A stretch of DNA of 64,000 nt. Origin: Opitutales bacterium. GTDB taxonomy: Bacteria > Verrucomicrobiota > Verrucomicrobiia > Opitutales > PNEW01. Every line of letters begins with the position of its first letter. Position 1 is the first letter of the stretch. A program made the position numbers and the translations under genes. Positions 9,084 through 18,950 of this stretch are shown here, in pieces. The notes under the pieces were generated by a model. The model was given only the letters and a program-made list of their open reading frames with translations, was not told where the DNA came from and ran no database searches. The stretch is taken from NCBI GenBank assembly GCA_963692525.1, contig OY829953.1, positions 3,475,108 through 3,539,107 of the forward strand. The letters are read 5' to 3'.

Positions 9084-10889
9084 ATGGCAAAAATAGATTT
9101 TTCAATAGGAATTGGCGGAGCAGCCGGTCAGGGCATCGCCACTCCAGGAAACATCCTCGCGCGCATATTTGCACGACGAGGTCTTAATTTAAACGCTTAC
9201 AATTCCTATCAATCCATCATTCGAGGTGGGCATACTTTTCTTACTATTCGCGCCAGCGATAAACCGGTACGCAATATGGGCGATAAGTGGGATGTAATGA
9301 TTCCCTTAAACCAGGATACGATGGACAGGCACCTCAAGCATCTCAATGCGGGTGCCTGTGTGCTTTTTGACGTTGATAAAATCAAACCCGGCACTCCTGC
9401 TGAAGGCGTACAGATCTGCCCCTTACCCCTGAAGGAACTAATCCAAGGGAACCGCCTCGCGGGAAATACCGTAGCTATCGCAGCTACTTTGCAGATGCTG
9501 GGAATTGAATTCCAGGCTCTCGAAGATGCCTTAGAGAAAATTTTTAAAAGAAAAGGGGACGAGGTAGTAGCCTCGAATGTAGGAATCGCCAAGGGGGCTT
9601 ACGATTATGCGGCTGAAAATTTTACGGCCTTTCCTTTTAAAGTGCCGGTCGTAGGCAAGGGTCAAGCGGTCCTGACCGGTAATGATGCAACCGCCCTCGG
9701 CGGGATCGCGGCCGGTGTTAAGTTTTATGCCGCCTACCCGATGAGCCCGTCAACGGGTGTTCTCATGTATATGGCTAGTCACGCCCGTGAATTGGGTATT
9801 ATGGTGCGCCAGGTAGAGGATGAAATTGGTGTCATGAATATGGTCATAGGAGCGGCCCATACCGGTTGTCGGGCGATGTGTGCCACTTCCGGCGGTGGCT
9901 TTGCCCTCATGTCAGAAGCTGTCGGTATGTCCGGGATGATTGAAACCCCTATTGTCTGTGTTGATGTTCAGCGTGCGGGTCCAGCCACGGGGGTCCCCAC
10001 GAAGACAGAACAAGGTGACCTCTGGCAGTTTCTCGGCGCCGGTCAGGGTGATTATCCTAAACTTATTGTCGCGCCGACCAGTCAGCTTGACTTATTTAAA
10101 ACCATCCCCGAACTCTTTAATTTAACGGACAAGTACCAGTGCCCCGGTCTTGTCCTCGCGGACTTATTAATCTCGGAAGGCACGGCCAGTGTCGACCCCG
10201 ATGAACTCGATTTCAATGTTGAGATCGATCGCGGAGAGATGATCTTCCCCAATGGTAATGGCAGTACAGATAATCCTTTTGGTGGTTATAACGACGATAG
10301 TTACCTTCGCTTTAAAAACACGGAGAGTGGAATTTCCCCGCGTGCGATCCCCGGTGTTCCCGGCCACATTTTTGTCGCGGCCACTGACGAACACGATGAA
10401 GATGGCGTAGTCATCAGTGATGAATTTACCAACCCGCACAAACGCCAGATGATGGTCGAGAAGCGGGCACGTAAAATGGAAACAGTTCTCGCCCAGATAG
10501 AGCCACCCAAACTGATAGGTCCCGAAACGGCGGAAGTCACGCTCGTGGGCTGGGGGTCGACTGATGGGGTGATTCTTGAGGCGATTGAGAAATTAGCGGG
10601 AGAGGAAGGCATTGTCGCCAGTCAATTACAGATTAGATGGATAATCCCTTTCCATGCAGAAGAAATCACGGCTATACTTTCAAAGAGTAAAAAAGTGATC
10701 ATCATAGAAAATAATTATAGCGGCCAATTCGCACGTTATCTCCGCTCCGAAACAGGGTTTGACGCCGATGGTCATATCCGAAAATATGATGGAGAACCTT
10801 TCATGCCACACCACATCGTGAACGCGGTTAAAGACCAACTGGAAGGAAAAACCAACCACTCCGTTCCTGTCCACGAATTAATCTTATAA
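9084..10889 (+). CDS. korA: 2-oxoacid:ferredoxin oxidoreductase alpha subunit
   Basis: GGAAGQG, IRGGH, YPMSPST, QVEDEIG, TSGGGFALMSE, QRAGPATGVPTKTEQGD, ENNYSGQF motifs. Confidence 0.93.
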   Translation: MAKIDFSIGIGGAAGQGIATPGNILARIFARRGLNLNAYNSYQSIIRGGHTFLTIRASDKPVRNMGDKWDVMIPLNQDTMDRHLKHLNAGACVLFDVDKIKPGTPAEGVQICPLPLKELIQGNRLAGNTVAIAATLQMLGIEFQALEDALEKIFKRKGDEVVASNVGIAKGAYDYAAENFTAFPFKVPVVGKGQAVLTGNDATALGGIAAGVKFYAAYPMSPSTGVLMYMASHARELGIMVRQVEDEIGVMNMVIGAAHTGCRAMCATSGGGFALMSEAVGMSGMIETPIVCVDVQRAGPATGVPTKTEQGDLWQFLGAGQGDYPKLIVAPTSQLDLFKTIPELFNLTDKYQCPGLVLADLLISEGTASVDPDELDFNVEIDRGEMIFPNGNGSTDNPFGGYNDDSYLRFKNTESGISPRAIPGVPGHIFVAATDEHDEDGVVISDEFTNPHKRQMMVEKRARKMETVLAQIEPPKLIGPETAEVTLVGWGSTDGVILEAIEKLAGEEGIVASQLQIRWIIPFHAEEITAILSKSKKVIIIENNYSGQFARYLRSETGFDADGHIRKYDGEPFMPHHIVNAVKDQLEGKTNHSVPVHELIL

Positions 10890-10907
10890 CACCTTAATAA
10901 TAATAGA

Positions 10908-11822
10908 ATGAGCACAGTAGTTAATAACACGACAACAGTAACTGAGGGAAAACTAGAGAAGGACAGCTACGAGGGAAAAATCCACCCGGATTGGTGTCCG
11001 GGCTGTGGTGATTTTTCCGTTCTCAACGCAATGAAAAGAGCGCTTTTTGAACTTGGCCTTAATCCCCATGAGGTACTTGTAGTAAGCGGTATCGGCTGTT
11101 CCTCCAACCTTCCAGGTTTTATCAATTCTTACGGCATGCATACTTTACACGGACGGGGCCTGGCGGTCGCAACAGGGGCTAAACTGGGTAATCATCATTT
11201 AAAAGTGATCGCCACCGGTGGGGACGGTGATGGCTTTGGCATTGGCGGTAACCATTTTGTTCATACTATGCGTCGCAATGTAGATCTGACTTATATCGTT
11301 ATGGACAACCAGATCTACGGTCTCACTACAGGCCAGGTATCACCTACGAGCAGCAAGGGAATGAAAACCAAGTCGACCCCGCATGGCAGCGTCGAGAATC
11401 CAATTAACCCCATACCGATGGCAATCGTGGGCGGGGCCACCTACGTGGCACGCGCCTTCAGTGGCAAACAGAAACACCTCGTCGATATACTTAAAGGGGC
11501 AATTGAACACAGGGGATTTTCTTTCGTCGATGTTTTCAGTCCTTGCGTGACTTACAATAAAGATAACACATACAAATGGTTCAATCCACGCGTCAAAATC
11601 CTGGAAGAAGAGGAAGGTTACGATCCCACTGATTTACACGCCAGTATAGATAAGGGTTACATGTGGGGTGAGGAAATCCCCATTGGTCTCATCTGGAAGC
11701 GCAATGATCTACCTTCCCTTGAGGAACTGGAACCCGTACTTGATGAAGGCGGACCACTCGCCCACCGCAAGCTCGGGATATCCAAAGAACAGGCAGATAA
11801 TCTGATTAAGGAAATGCTGTAA
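10908..11822 (+). CDS. korB: 2-oxoacid:ferredoxin oxidoreductase beta subunit
   Basis: WCPGCGD, SGIGCSS, TPP motif GGDGDG...DNQIYGLTTGQ, SPCVTYN. Confidence 0.93.
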   Translation: MSTVVNNTTTVTEGKLEKDSYEGKIHPDWCPGCGDFSVLNAMKRALFELGLNPHEVLVVSGIGCSSNLPGFINSYGMHTLHGRGLAVATGAKLGNHHLKVIATGGDGDGFGIGGNHFVHTMRRNVDLTYIVMDNQIYGLTTGQVSPTSSKGMKTKSTPHGSVENPINPIPMAIVGGATYVARAFSGKQKHLVDILKGAIEHRGFSFVDVFSPCVTYNKDNTYKWFNPRVKILEEEEGYDPTDLHASIDKGYMWGEEIPIGLIWKRNDLPSLEELEPVLDEGGPLAHRKLGISKEQADNLIKEML

Positions 11823-11823
11823 C

Positions 11824-12103
11824 AATTGCAGATCGCGGATTGAACCTTACGGTATTCGAAGATAATCCTTATTTTTATACTCATCCTCTTGTCATTGCTG
11901 TGGTCGGTTAACACCTCCCTCAAAATGACAAGATGGTGCGGACAGGGTTACGATGAGCTCAACCAAATCGCAGCGCGTTCCACTTTGATATTGTAGTAAA
12001 TAACAGGAGGGACGAAGACGAAGCTTCACTGATCACTACTTCCGCATACACGCTTATCGCATTAGCTCAATCCGCATTCCGCATTCCGACATCCGCAATC
12101 GAA
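11824..12103. repeat. Pair of inverted heptamer arrays enclosing REP-like and GAAGAC repeat fragments
   Basis: aattgca gatcgcg gattgaa at ~11824-11844; tcaatcc gcattcc gcattcc gacatcc gcaatcg at ~12067-12101; cagcgcgttccac at ~11971-11983; gacgaagacgaag at 12011-12023. Confidence 0.7.
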
Positions 12104-12586
12104 TTGGTCTTATTAAATTTCTTAAACAGCAATACTATCCATATCACCATTAGTAGTGAATATAAAACGATCCCCAATAAAAATTGGGATTCATTCAATA
12201 TAACCGGATTTGAAATATTTGCTTCATAAACGAGGTGCACGACAAATATTATGAAGACATTTGTTAAAAGACCAAAAAAGCTCAACCAGCTTTCCATAAT
12301 AAGAAGACTTTCATTCCTTCTTTCATCCGCCAGCCAGTATTCCTTTTTCGGGAAGCTAATGTATTTTAGCGGGATTTTATTCATTATCAGAGGAACCGAC
12401 AGGAACATTAAGGAATTGATAAGGTATATTGTAATCGTAATCCCCATATTCCATTCTTTGGACGTCCAGCTATTGGGTTGCCCCCCCCGATCCAAAATTA
12501 ATGGCTACCTTGTCCGAGAGAGCGGTAAAATAATACACCTGTAAAATAATCCCGACAATTAAGCTGATTATAAGTAGTAAGCGCAT
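12067..12586 (-). pseudogene. DUF1648-like membrane protein, frameshifted in a G8 tract
   Basis: ATG 12586 reads MRLLLIISLIVGIILQVYYFTALSDKVAINFGSGG then stops; removing one base of the C8 run (12481-12488) joins it to QPNSWTSKE...PKKEYWLADERR. Confidence 0.75.
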
Positions 12587-12685
12587 AGGCCTTATAACAT
12601 TTGAGGAATTCGGATTGTGCCTAAAGTTTATCCGCTATAATCTCTATTTTCGCAATGTTCCTTTTATATATATATTTTAAAATCG

Positions 12686-15562
12686 ATGGGTAGATTTCGG
12701 ACAACATTTAAGTATCTATTAATCTTATCCTTTCTCGGTCTCTTTACTACCGATCCTATAGACGCGGCCGTGGGGGATTGGAATCTTTCCTGGGCGCATG
12801 AGCGAAGCCGCTTACCTCCTGACAAGCGTGTGCTCTGGGGAATGATGCCAAACGGATTACGATACGCTATCCTCGAACACCCCGGGGTTCCAGACCGTGT
12901 TGCCATGAAGCTCCTCTTACTTACCGGATCAATCGAAGAGACGGATGAAGAACTGGGAATCGCCCATTTCATTGAGCATATGGCGTTTAATGGTACTGAA
13001 CATTTTAAAGCGGGTGAACTCGCCTCTTTTTTTCAGTTACTTGGGATGGAACTCGGTCACGATGTTAACGCTTTCACTACTTTTGATCATACAATTTACG
13101 GCCTTGAATTCTGGGAGAGCAACGAAGCACTTCTGAGGAAAGGTCTTTTATTTTTACGCGACATCGCGGACGGTATCCTTTTCGAAGCTTCTGAAATCGA
13201 TAAGGAACGCAACGTTATCTTAAGTGAACTTCGCAGTCGTGATGGACTGGCTTACCGCGCTGAAGTAGCTTCATACCAGACTTTTTTCAAGGGACTGACG
13301 CTAACAGACCGAATGCCGATCGGAACACCACAAAGCATAAATAGCTTGAAACGAGATAAGTTTATAAAATTTTACCGTAAATGGTACCGCCCCGATCTCA
13401 TGGTCTTGGTCGCTGTCGGCGATATTGATGCTCTAAAACTGGAGGTTTTATTTGAGGAATACTTCGACACGATAAAAAAGCCGACTACCCCTCTGCCCAA
13501 ACGTAATATCGGCAGATTGAAGAATGCTCGTTCAATTGATGCCGGCGCTTTCAGAATTTCTCATGTCGGTTCTGCCAACATCCGCGCTGCATCGGTTAAT
13601 CCAACACGCAAAAAATTAGAATCTTTCGAGTCCAAGCGACTGGCCTTCAACCAGAAATTTGGCCTTGAACTCTTACAGCAGCGTTTGGGTGAAACTATTC
13701 CATACGGTTCAAAAGGCGGGGCTGGATTCATAAATTATTTCGGACATGACGCCGCGGTTGCTTCGATCGAAGTCAGCGGAAAACGATGGGAGGAAGGTAT
13801 TCGTGCACTGGATAGAGTTATCCGTTATACATATAATGAAGGTTTTGAAGAAAAGGATCTTGAATTTCACCGCTCCCGTAAATTATTCCGGGCGCAAAAG
13901 TTGAGTTCTCTCTATCCCAAAATGGACCCCTCGAGGATCTGTGAATCAATCGTAAAATCCGTTACCGATGATACGGTTTTTTTGGGTTATGATCAGAATC
14001 TATTATGGGAGACCAAATTTCTTGAGGATTTGAATAAAAAGTCCATTCACCGTTCATTTAAGGAAACATGGGATCTTGAGCATATGGCCTTTCATATTGC
14101 GGGTGAAGTCAACATTGAGGAAGGCTCAGATAAGATAAAAAAAACAATCTCTAAAGGTCGAAAAGATCCTGTCAGTCTAAGCAAGTTTCAGTATCAGTCT
14201 GACTTCGAATTTGAACCGGTTATGTGGGGAAAAACGGGTGTCGTAGTCGATACAAAAACTGTCCCTGAAATCGATGCGCATCTGATGCGCTTTGATAACA
14301 ACGTCCGCTTAAACTTTATCGAATCTCATCTTGAACCTGGCGTCGTGCGCGTCAACGTGCGTATAGGCGGCGGTTTTTTCGACCTTGATAAAAACATCCC
14401 CGGACTTCGAGAATTTGCACTCCAGGCATTTCTCTACGGTGGGACGAATCGATATGAACCCTATCAGATCTCATCAATTATCAATTCGGCGATGATGAAC
14501 TTCCGTTTTGATCTAGCGGACCACGATGCATTCAGCTTCAGAGGAACCATGGGGAGCGAGACGCTTGAATATTTCCTCGGTATTATAACGGAGTATCTTC
14601 ACAAACCTACCATCTATCGCTTCAGTTATGAAAACGCGATTATGGGTGCCGTTCGTTATCGCATGTCATCTTCGATTGGCATCCAGGACGGCTATCGCGA
14701 ATTTCAGAGTTACCTCTTTGAAGGCGACGGCCGGTTTGCCTGGGGAACAAGAAATGACTATACCGTCGTCAGCGTCAATGATGTCCGAGATTGGCTCGAA
14801 TATCCTCTCAACCACGGTTATATTGATGTTAGCATCGTCGGTGATATTACTAAAGAACAGGTCATCGACAACATGTCACTAACCCTCGGCGCTTTGAAAG
14901 ACCGGCGTCTTGAAAAGAAAAACACTGCCCCCAACCGCGAAGTTAAAATCATAGCGCCCGCAGGTTATCGACAGCTCGAATTTACAGGTCAGGAGCATCA
15001 GGCAATGGTTGTCGGATACTGGCCGATCAATCGTTATTTAACGCTGCAGGATCGCATCGCATTGCAAGTACTCAGTGGAGTTATCGAAAGACGATTGTGG
15101 GAACGATTACGCGAAGACCTGGGAGTGAGCTACAGCCCTAAGGCCGAGTTTTTATCCTATCGTGAATACCCTGAGTTCGCCGCAATCGAAGCAAAAATTG
15201 ATTCTTCACCAGAACACGCGCCGGATCTCGCTCAGGCGATTTTAGGAATTTCAAAAGAGATTGCTGAAAATGGATTATCCAATGCAGAAGTCGCAGAAGC
15301 GATTGGGCCGGTTAAAATCAAGACACGCCAGGCTTTTCGCTCCAATGAGTTTCTTCTAGATTTTGTCCTTAAACGCGCCCAGGAAAAACCAGAAACAATT
15401 GAAGACGCAATCGCGGTCAAAAACGATATTGTCGCCTCGGTGACGGTGGAAAAAGTAAACGCTTTTGCAAAAGAGCTTTTACACCCTGACAATGCCAGAG
15501 TTGCCGCCATTACGCCCAAACCCTATATTGGACTATTCCAAACGGACACCGATCTACCTTGA
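12686..15562 (+). CDS. M16 family zinc peptidase (PqqL-like), exported
   Basis: Signal peptide; inverzincin motif HFIEHMAFNGT; NAFTTFDHTIY; FYRKWYRPD; LREDLGVSYS. Confidence 0.92.
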   Translation: MGRFRTTFKYLLILSFLGLFTTDPIDAAVGDWNLSWAHERSRLPPDKRVLWGMMPNGLRYAILEHPGVPDRVAMKLLLLTGSIEETDEELGIAHFIEHMAFNGTEHFKAGELASFFQLLGMELGHDVNAFTTFDHTIYGLEFWESNEALLRKGLLFLRDIADGILFEASEIDKERNVILSELRSRDGLAYRAEVASYQTFFKGLTLTDRMPIGTPQSINSLKRDKFIKFYRKWYRPDLMVLVAVGDIDALKLEVLFEEYFDTIKKPTTPLPKRNIGRLKNARSIDAGAFRISHVGSANIRAASVNPTRKKLESFESKRLAFNQKFGLELLQQRLGETIPYGSKGGAGFINYFGHDAAVASIEVSGKRWEEGIRALDRVIRYTYNEGFEEKDLEFHRSRKLFRAQKLSSLYPKMDPSRICESIVKSVTDDTVFLGYDQNLLWETKFLEDLNKKSIHRSFKETWDLEHMAFHIAGEVNIEEGSDKIKKTISKGRKDPVSLSKFQYQSDFEFEPVMWGKTGVVVDTKTVPEIDAHLMRFDNNVRLNFIESHLEPGVVRVNVRIGGGFFDLDKNIPGLREFALQAFLYGGTNRYEPYQISSIINSAMMNFRFDLADHDAFSFRGTMGSETLEYFLGIITEYLHKPTIYRFSYENAIMGAVRYRMSSSIGIQDGYREFQSYLFEGDGRFAWGTRNDYTVVSVNDVRDWLEYPLNHGYIDVSIVGDITKEQVIDNMSLTLGALKDRRLEKKNTAPNREVKIIAPAGYRQLEFTGQEHQAMVVGYWPINRYLTLQDRIALQVLSGVIERRLWERLREDLGVSYSPKAEFLSYREYPEFAAIEAKIDSSPEHAPDLAQAILGISKEIAENGLSNAEVAEAIGPVKIKTRQAFRSNEFLLDFVLKRAQEKPETIEDAIAVKNDIVASVTVEKVNAFAKELLHPDNARVAAITPKPYIGLFQTDTDLP

Positions 15563-15680
15563 CCTCTAAAATACTGCCTGACCATTCTGGATCGTGTCCC
15601 CTCCATCAATTCAACATTCGACAATCGTATTCTAAGATTGCAATATCTCCCAGCTTTATAAACGTAAACGATAAAATATT

Positions 15681-16103
15681 ATGCAAAAAGAAATTGATGT
15701 AACCAGGGGCCAGATCATCCTCAAACAAGGAGAAGTAGGACACGGATTATACATTCTGCAATCTGGCGCGCTTGAAATTTTGAAGGATGATGTCCTGCTC
15801 AGCGTAATCATTCACCCCGGTACCTTCTTTGGCGAAATGGCCGACTTTCTCGGTAAACCGCGATCCTGCTCGGTTAAAGCTAAAAAAGCCAGTAAGATAT
15901 TGTGTATTCAAAACGATGACATGAAAGAGATGATTCGAGCGAATCCGGACGTCGGAATGAGAATCATCAAGACCCTGGCCGGTCGATTGGAACGCACGAC
16001 ACAAAAACTTATCGACACTAAGGGAGGAGAATCGACCTTATTGAAATTACGCAAAAAAAATACACCAATTGGAAAGACTGATCGCTTACGGATGTCAGTA
16101 TGA
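15681..16103 (+). CDS. Stand-alone cyclic nucleotide-binding domain protein
   Basis: ILKQGE...LYILQSG...GTFFGEMA...PRSCSVKA; no obvious HTH domain. Confidence 0.85.
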   Translation: MQKEIDVTRGQIILKQGEVGHGLYILQSGALEILKDDVLLSVIIHPGTFFGEMADFLGKPRSCSVKAKKASKILCIQNDDMKEMIRANPDVGMRIIKTLAGRLERTTQKLIDTKGGESTLLKLRKKNTPIGKTDRLRMSV

Positions 16104-16206
16104 ATTTCTCTATGAAAAATTATGTCCCCTATTTCATTATTCAGGATACAGCTTTACCTCTCATTTCTGTGCATAACTTATTGTATAAAAGGAAGGATGA
16201 TTACCG

Positions 16207-17136
16207 ATGAATATGAATGTCTTTAAGGACATCCGGGATGAAATCCAATCCCCAGTATTAATTGCCGGGTGGCCGGGGATGGGGAGCGTTGGTGCCGGTG
16301 CAATCAGTTATCTACGCAGAAATTTAAATGCCACGCATTTTGCCGATGTCGATATGAGTGAATATTTCACTCCGGATTCGGTCGTCGTCGAAGACGGTTT
16401 AGCCAAACTGCCCGATATCCCTTCCAATGCCTTTTATTACATTCGGGAACTCAACTTGATTATCTTTGAAAGTGAAGCGCAAATCAGTGGAGCGGGAGGT
16501 ATTACACTGATGAAACAGATCCTCGACCTCGCTGAAGACTTGAATGTACGGTCCATTTATACGGGTGCAGCTTTTGTCATGCCGATCAGTCAGAAAGAAC
16601 CGGTTAAAGTTTTCGGGGTCGCGAATAAAGTTTCTTTAAAAAATCTCTTTGTTCCCTACGGAGTTGAAATCCTCGATCAGGGACAAATCTCCGGACTCAA
16701 TGGACTCCTTCTCGGATTCGCCGGGTTGAGAGATATTGAGGCTGCCTGCTTCCTCGCGACGATGCCACAGTACGCGGTTAATATTCCCAACCCTAAAGCA
16801 TCGCGCGAAATCCTGCGCGTATTTGAAAATCTGCTCGAAATAAAAATCGATATGGCAAACCTCGATGAAGCGGTCGCACAAATGAGCCAAACCATGACCG
16901 ACATCGAAGATCGGATTCAGAAAACATTCATGAACAGTGAAATGTTTGAGGAAGATGAAAAAGAAGAAATTGAGGAAGATAAGGTCCCCCAATACGTAAT
17001 GGAAAAAATTGAAAGTCTCTTTAAAGAAGTAAAGATGAAGCGTTCAAAGGAGAAAGCGGCTCAGTTAAAAAAAGAGCTGGACCACTGGAATCTATACAAC
17101 CTCTATGAAGATCGATTTCTCGGCCTCTTCCGGTAG
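16207..17136 (+). CDS. PAC2 (proteasome assembly chaperone) family protein
   Basis: LIAGWPGMGSVG, ISGLNGLLLGFA, PNPKASREIL, acidic helical C-terminus. Confidence 0.8.
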   Translation: MNMNVFKDIRDEIQSPVLIAGWPGMGSVGAGAISYLRRNLNATHFADVDMSEYFTPDSVVVEDGLAKLPDIPSNAFYYIRELNLIIFESEAQISGAGGITLMKQILDLAEDLNVRSIYTGAAFVMPISQKEPVKVFGVANKVSLKNLFVPYGVEILDQGQISGLNGLLLGFAGLRDIEAACFLATMPQYAVNIPNPKASREILRVFENLLEIKIDMANLDEAVAQMSQTMTDIEDRIQKTFMNSEMFEEDEKEEIEEDKVPQYVMEKIESLFKEVKMKRSKEKAAQLKKELDHWNLYNLYEDRFLGLFR

Positions 17137-17242
17137 GAAAAATGGATGAATGTAAGAGTGGATGATTGGGCTACATATTCGGTTATCGATCGAACTCCAT
17201 TCTTTCAACCATCCTATTTTTCACCCTTAATTTTAAAGTGAG

Positions 17243-18790
17243 TTGAGTAAGGTAAACAACAATTATGTCCTTATTATCGGAGCTGGGCATAATGGGCTGG
17301 TAGCAGCAACGTATTTGGCGAGGGCGGGGTTCAAGGTGCAAATGCTTGAACGTCGATCTTTTATTGGTGGCGCGGCAATTACCCAGGAATTATGGCCGGG
17401 TCATAATTTTTCCACTTGCGCTCACTTGATGCATGGTGTGCATCCAAAAATCTTTTCGGATTTTCATCTAAAGGAAGAAGGCCTGGGATGGGCAGAAGTG
17501 GCGCCGACACTCTATCCTCAAAATGATAACAGCTATTTCGGCCTTAATAATCTCGACACGCCTAACAATCGCCTGTCAGCGAAACGTCTCACGATTGATG
17601 AAAGGAATGGAGCAAAATCCTATGAAATGTTTAAAACCAAACTGAGACAGCTTTTTTCTCCCTATCGTTTACACCCACCCCCAACCCTGGAAGAATTTAA
17701 ATTGAATTTAAATGGGAGTGAAGAAGAGGCCATTTTAAAGAGGGCCATGACCAGCAGAATCTGGGACTTACAGAATGAATTTATTCCCTCTCAATATCAA
17801 CAGGACGCTTATGCTTCCGAAGGTGCTGATGTCAGCCGCAATCCCTTAGCTCTGCATATCGCCTATAATTCGATTGATGATCCCGACAAGGAATCCGGCG
17901 ACAGCCCACCCCAGGGCTTCGTTCGTGGAGGAATGGGTGCGCTCAGCCATATTCTTGCTAAACAGGCAAAAGAAGCGGGCGTTGAGATTCAAGAAGACAC
18001 CGAAGTGGACGAGATATTGATAAATAAGCAAGAGGTGGTCGGTGTGAAACTGGCTGATGGAACTGAAATTGAAAGTGCCATTGTTATTTCGAATCTTGAT
18101 CCAAAGAGAACATTTTTGCGCCTCATCTCACCCGAGAATCTCGATCAAAATTTAGGCAGTCGAATTAATAAGCTAATGACCCATGTGAGCTGTATGAAAC
18201 TGCTCGCAGTAATTGATGAATTGCCGCAATGGAAGTGTTGGGATGGGGAAGAGGAGAGACCTCACCAGGGCGCGGTACGTCTTAATGTATCACGCGCATG
18301 CGTTAATGCAGCTTATGATGATCTGGAAAGCGGTCTACCGCCTCGCAGTCCAGTCATAAGTGTCAATCTCCCCTCCTTTAACGACTCGAGCTTAACTCAA
18401 CCGGGATATCAAACCGCATCCATCTGGATATTTCCCGCCCCTGCAAAATTAAAGGATAAGTCGTGGGATGAGGTGCGAGAAGATGTTGCGGAAAATTTAA
18501 TCAATCAGATTACTGAACACGCCCCTAATTTTCGCCGCTCTATTCAGAACTACATTTTGCGAACACCCCTTGATCTAGAACGCGAGAACAACCTGACTGA
18601 TGGTTGTATCTGGCATATTCAACATAATGGAGAACAGTTATTCTGGAATCGTCCCCTACCCGAGCTGTCCCGCTACCGATCCCCAATTAGAGGCCTCTAT
18701 CTGTGTGGAGCGGGTCAACATCCGGGTGGCGAAGTAAGTGGTATTCCCGGCCACAACGCAGCTCACGAAATAATTAAAGATCTGTGCTGA
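17243..18790 (+). CDS. Phytoene-dehydrogenase-like FAD-dependent oxidoreductase
   Basis: IIGAGHNGLVAATYLARAG, VRGGMGAL, TPLDLER, LYLCGAGQHPGGEVSGIPGHNAA. Confidence 0.88.
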   Translation: MSKVNNNYVLIIGAGHNGLVAATYLARAGFKVQMLERRSFIGGAAITQELWPGHNFSTCAHLMHGVHPKIFSDFHLKEEGLGWAEVAPTLYPQNDNSYFGLNNLDTPNNRLSAKRLTIDERNGAKSYEMFKTKLRQLFSPYRLHPPPTLEEFKLNLNGSEEEAILKRAMTSRIWDLQNEFIPSQYQQDAYASEGADVSRNPLALHIAYNSIDDPDKESGDSPPQGFVRGGMGALSHILAKQAKEAGVEIQEDTEVDEILINKQEVVGVKLADGTEIESAIVISNLDPKRTFLRLISPENLDQNLGSRINKLMTHVSCMKLLAVIDELPQWKCWDGEEERPHQGAVRLNVSRACVNAAYDDLESGLPPRSPVISVNLPSFNDSSLTQPGYQTASIWIFPAPAKLKDKSWDEVREDVAENLINQITEHAPNFRRSIQNYILRTPLDLERENNLTDGCIWHIQHNGEQLFWNRPLPELSRYRSPIRGLYLCGAGQHPGGEVSGIPGHNAAHEIIKDLC

Positions 18791-18950
18791 GAACATCCAC
18801 CTTTAATGGATGATCGATGATATTATATCCTTAATTTAAATTAAGTATAAGGCTTTTAATGATGGAACATTATATCAATTTGATTACTCCAATTTTATAC
18901 AATCCCATTGAGTGCGTGATCATTCTTTCAGTATAAAGTAAGTTTCAGTG

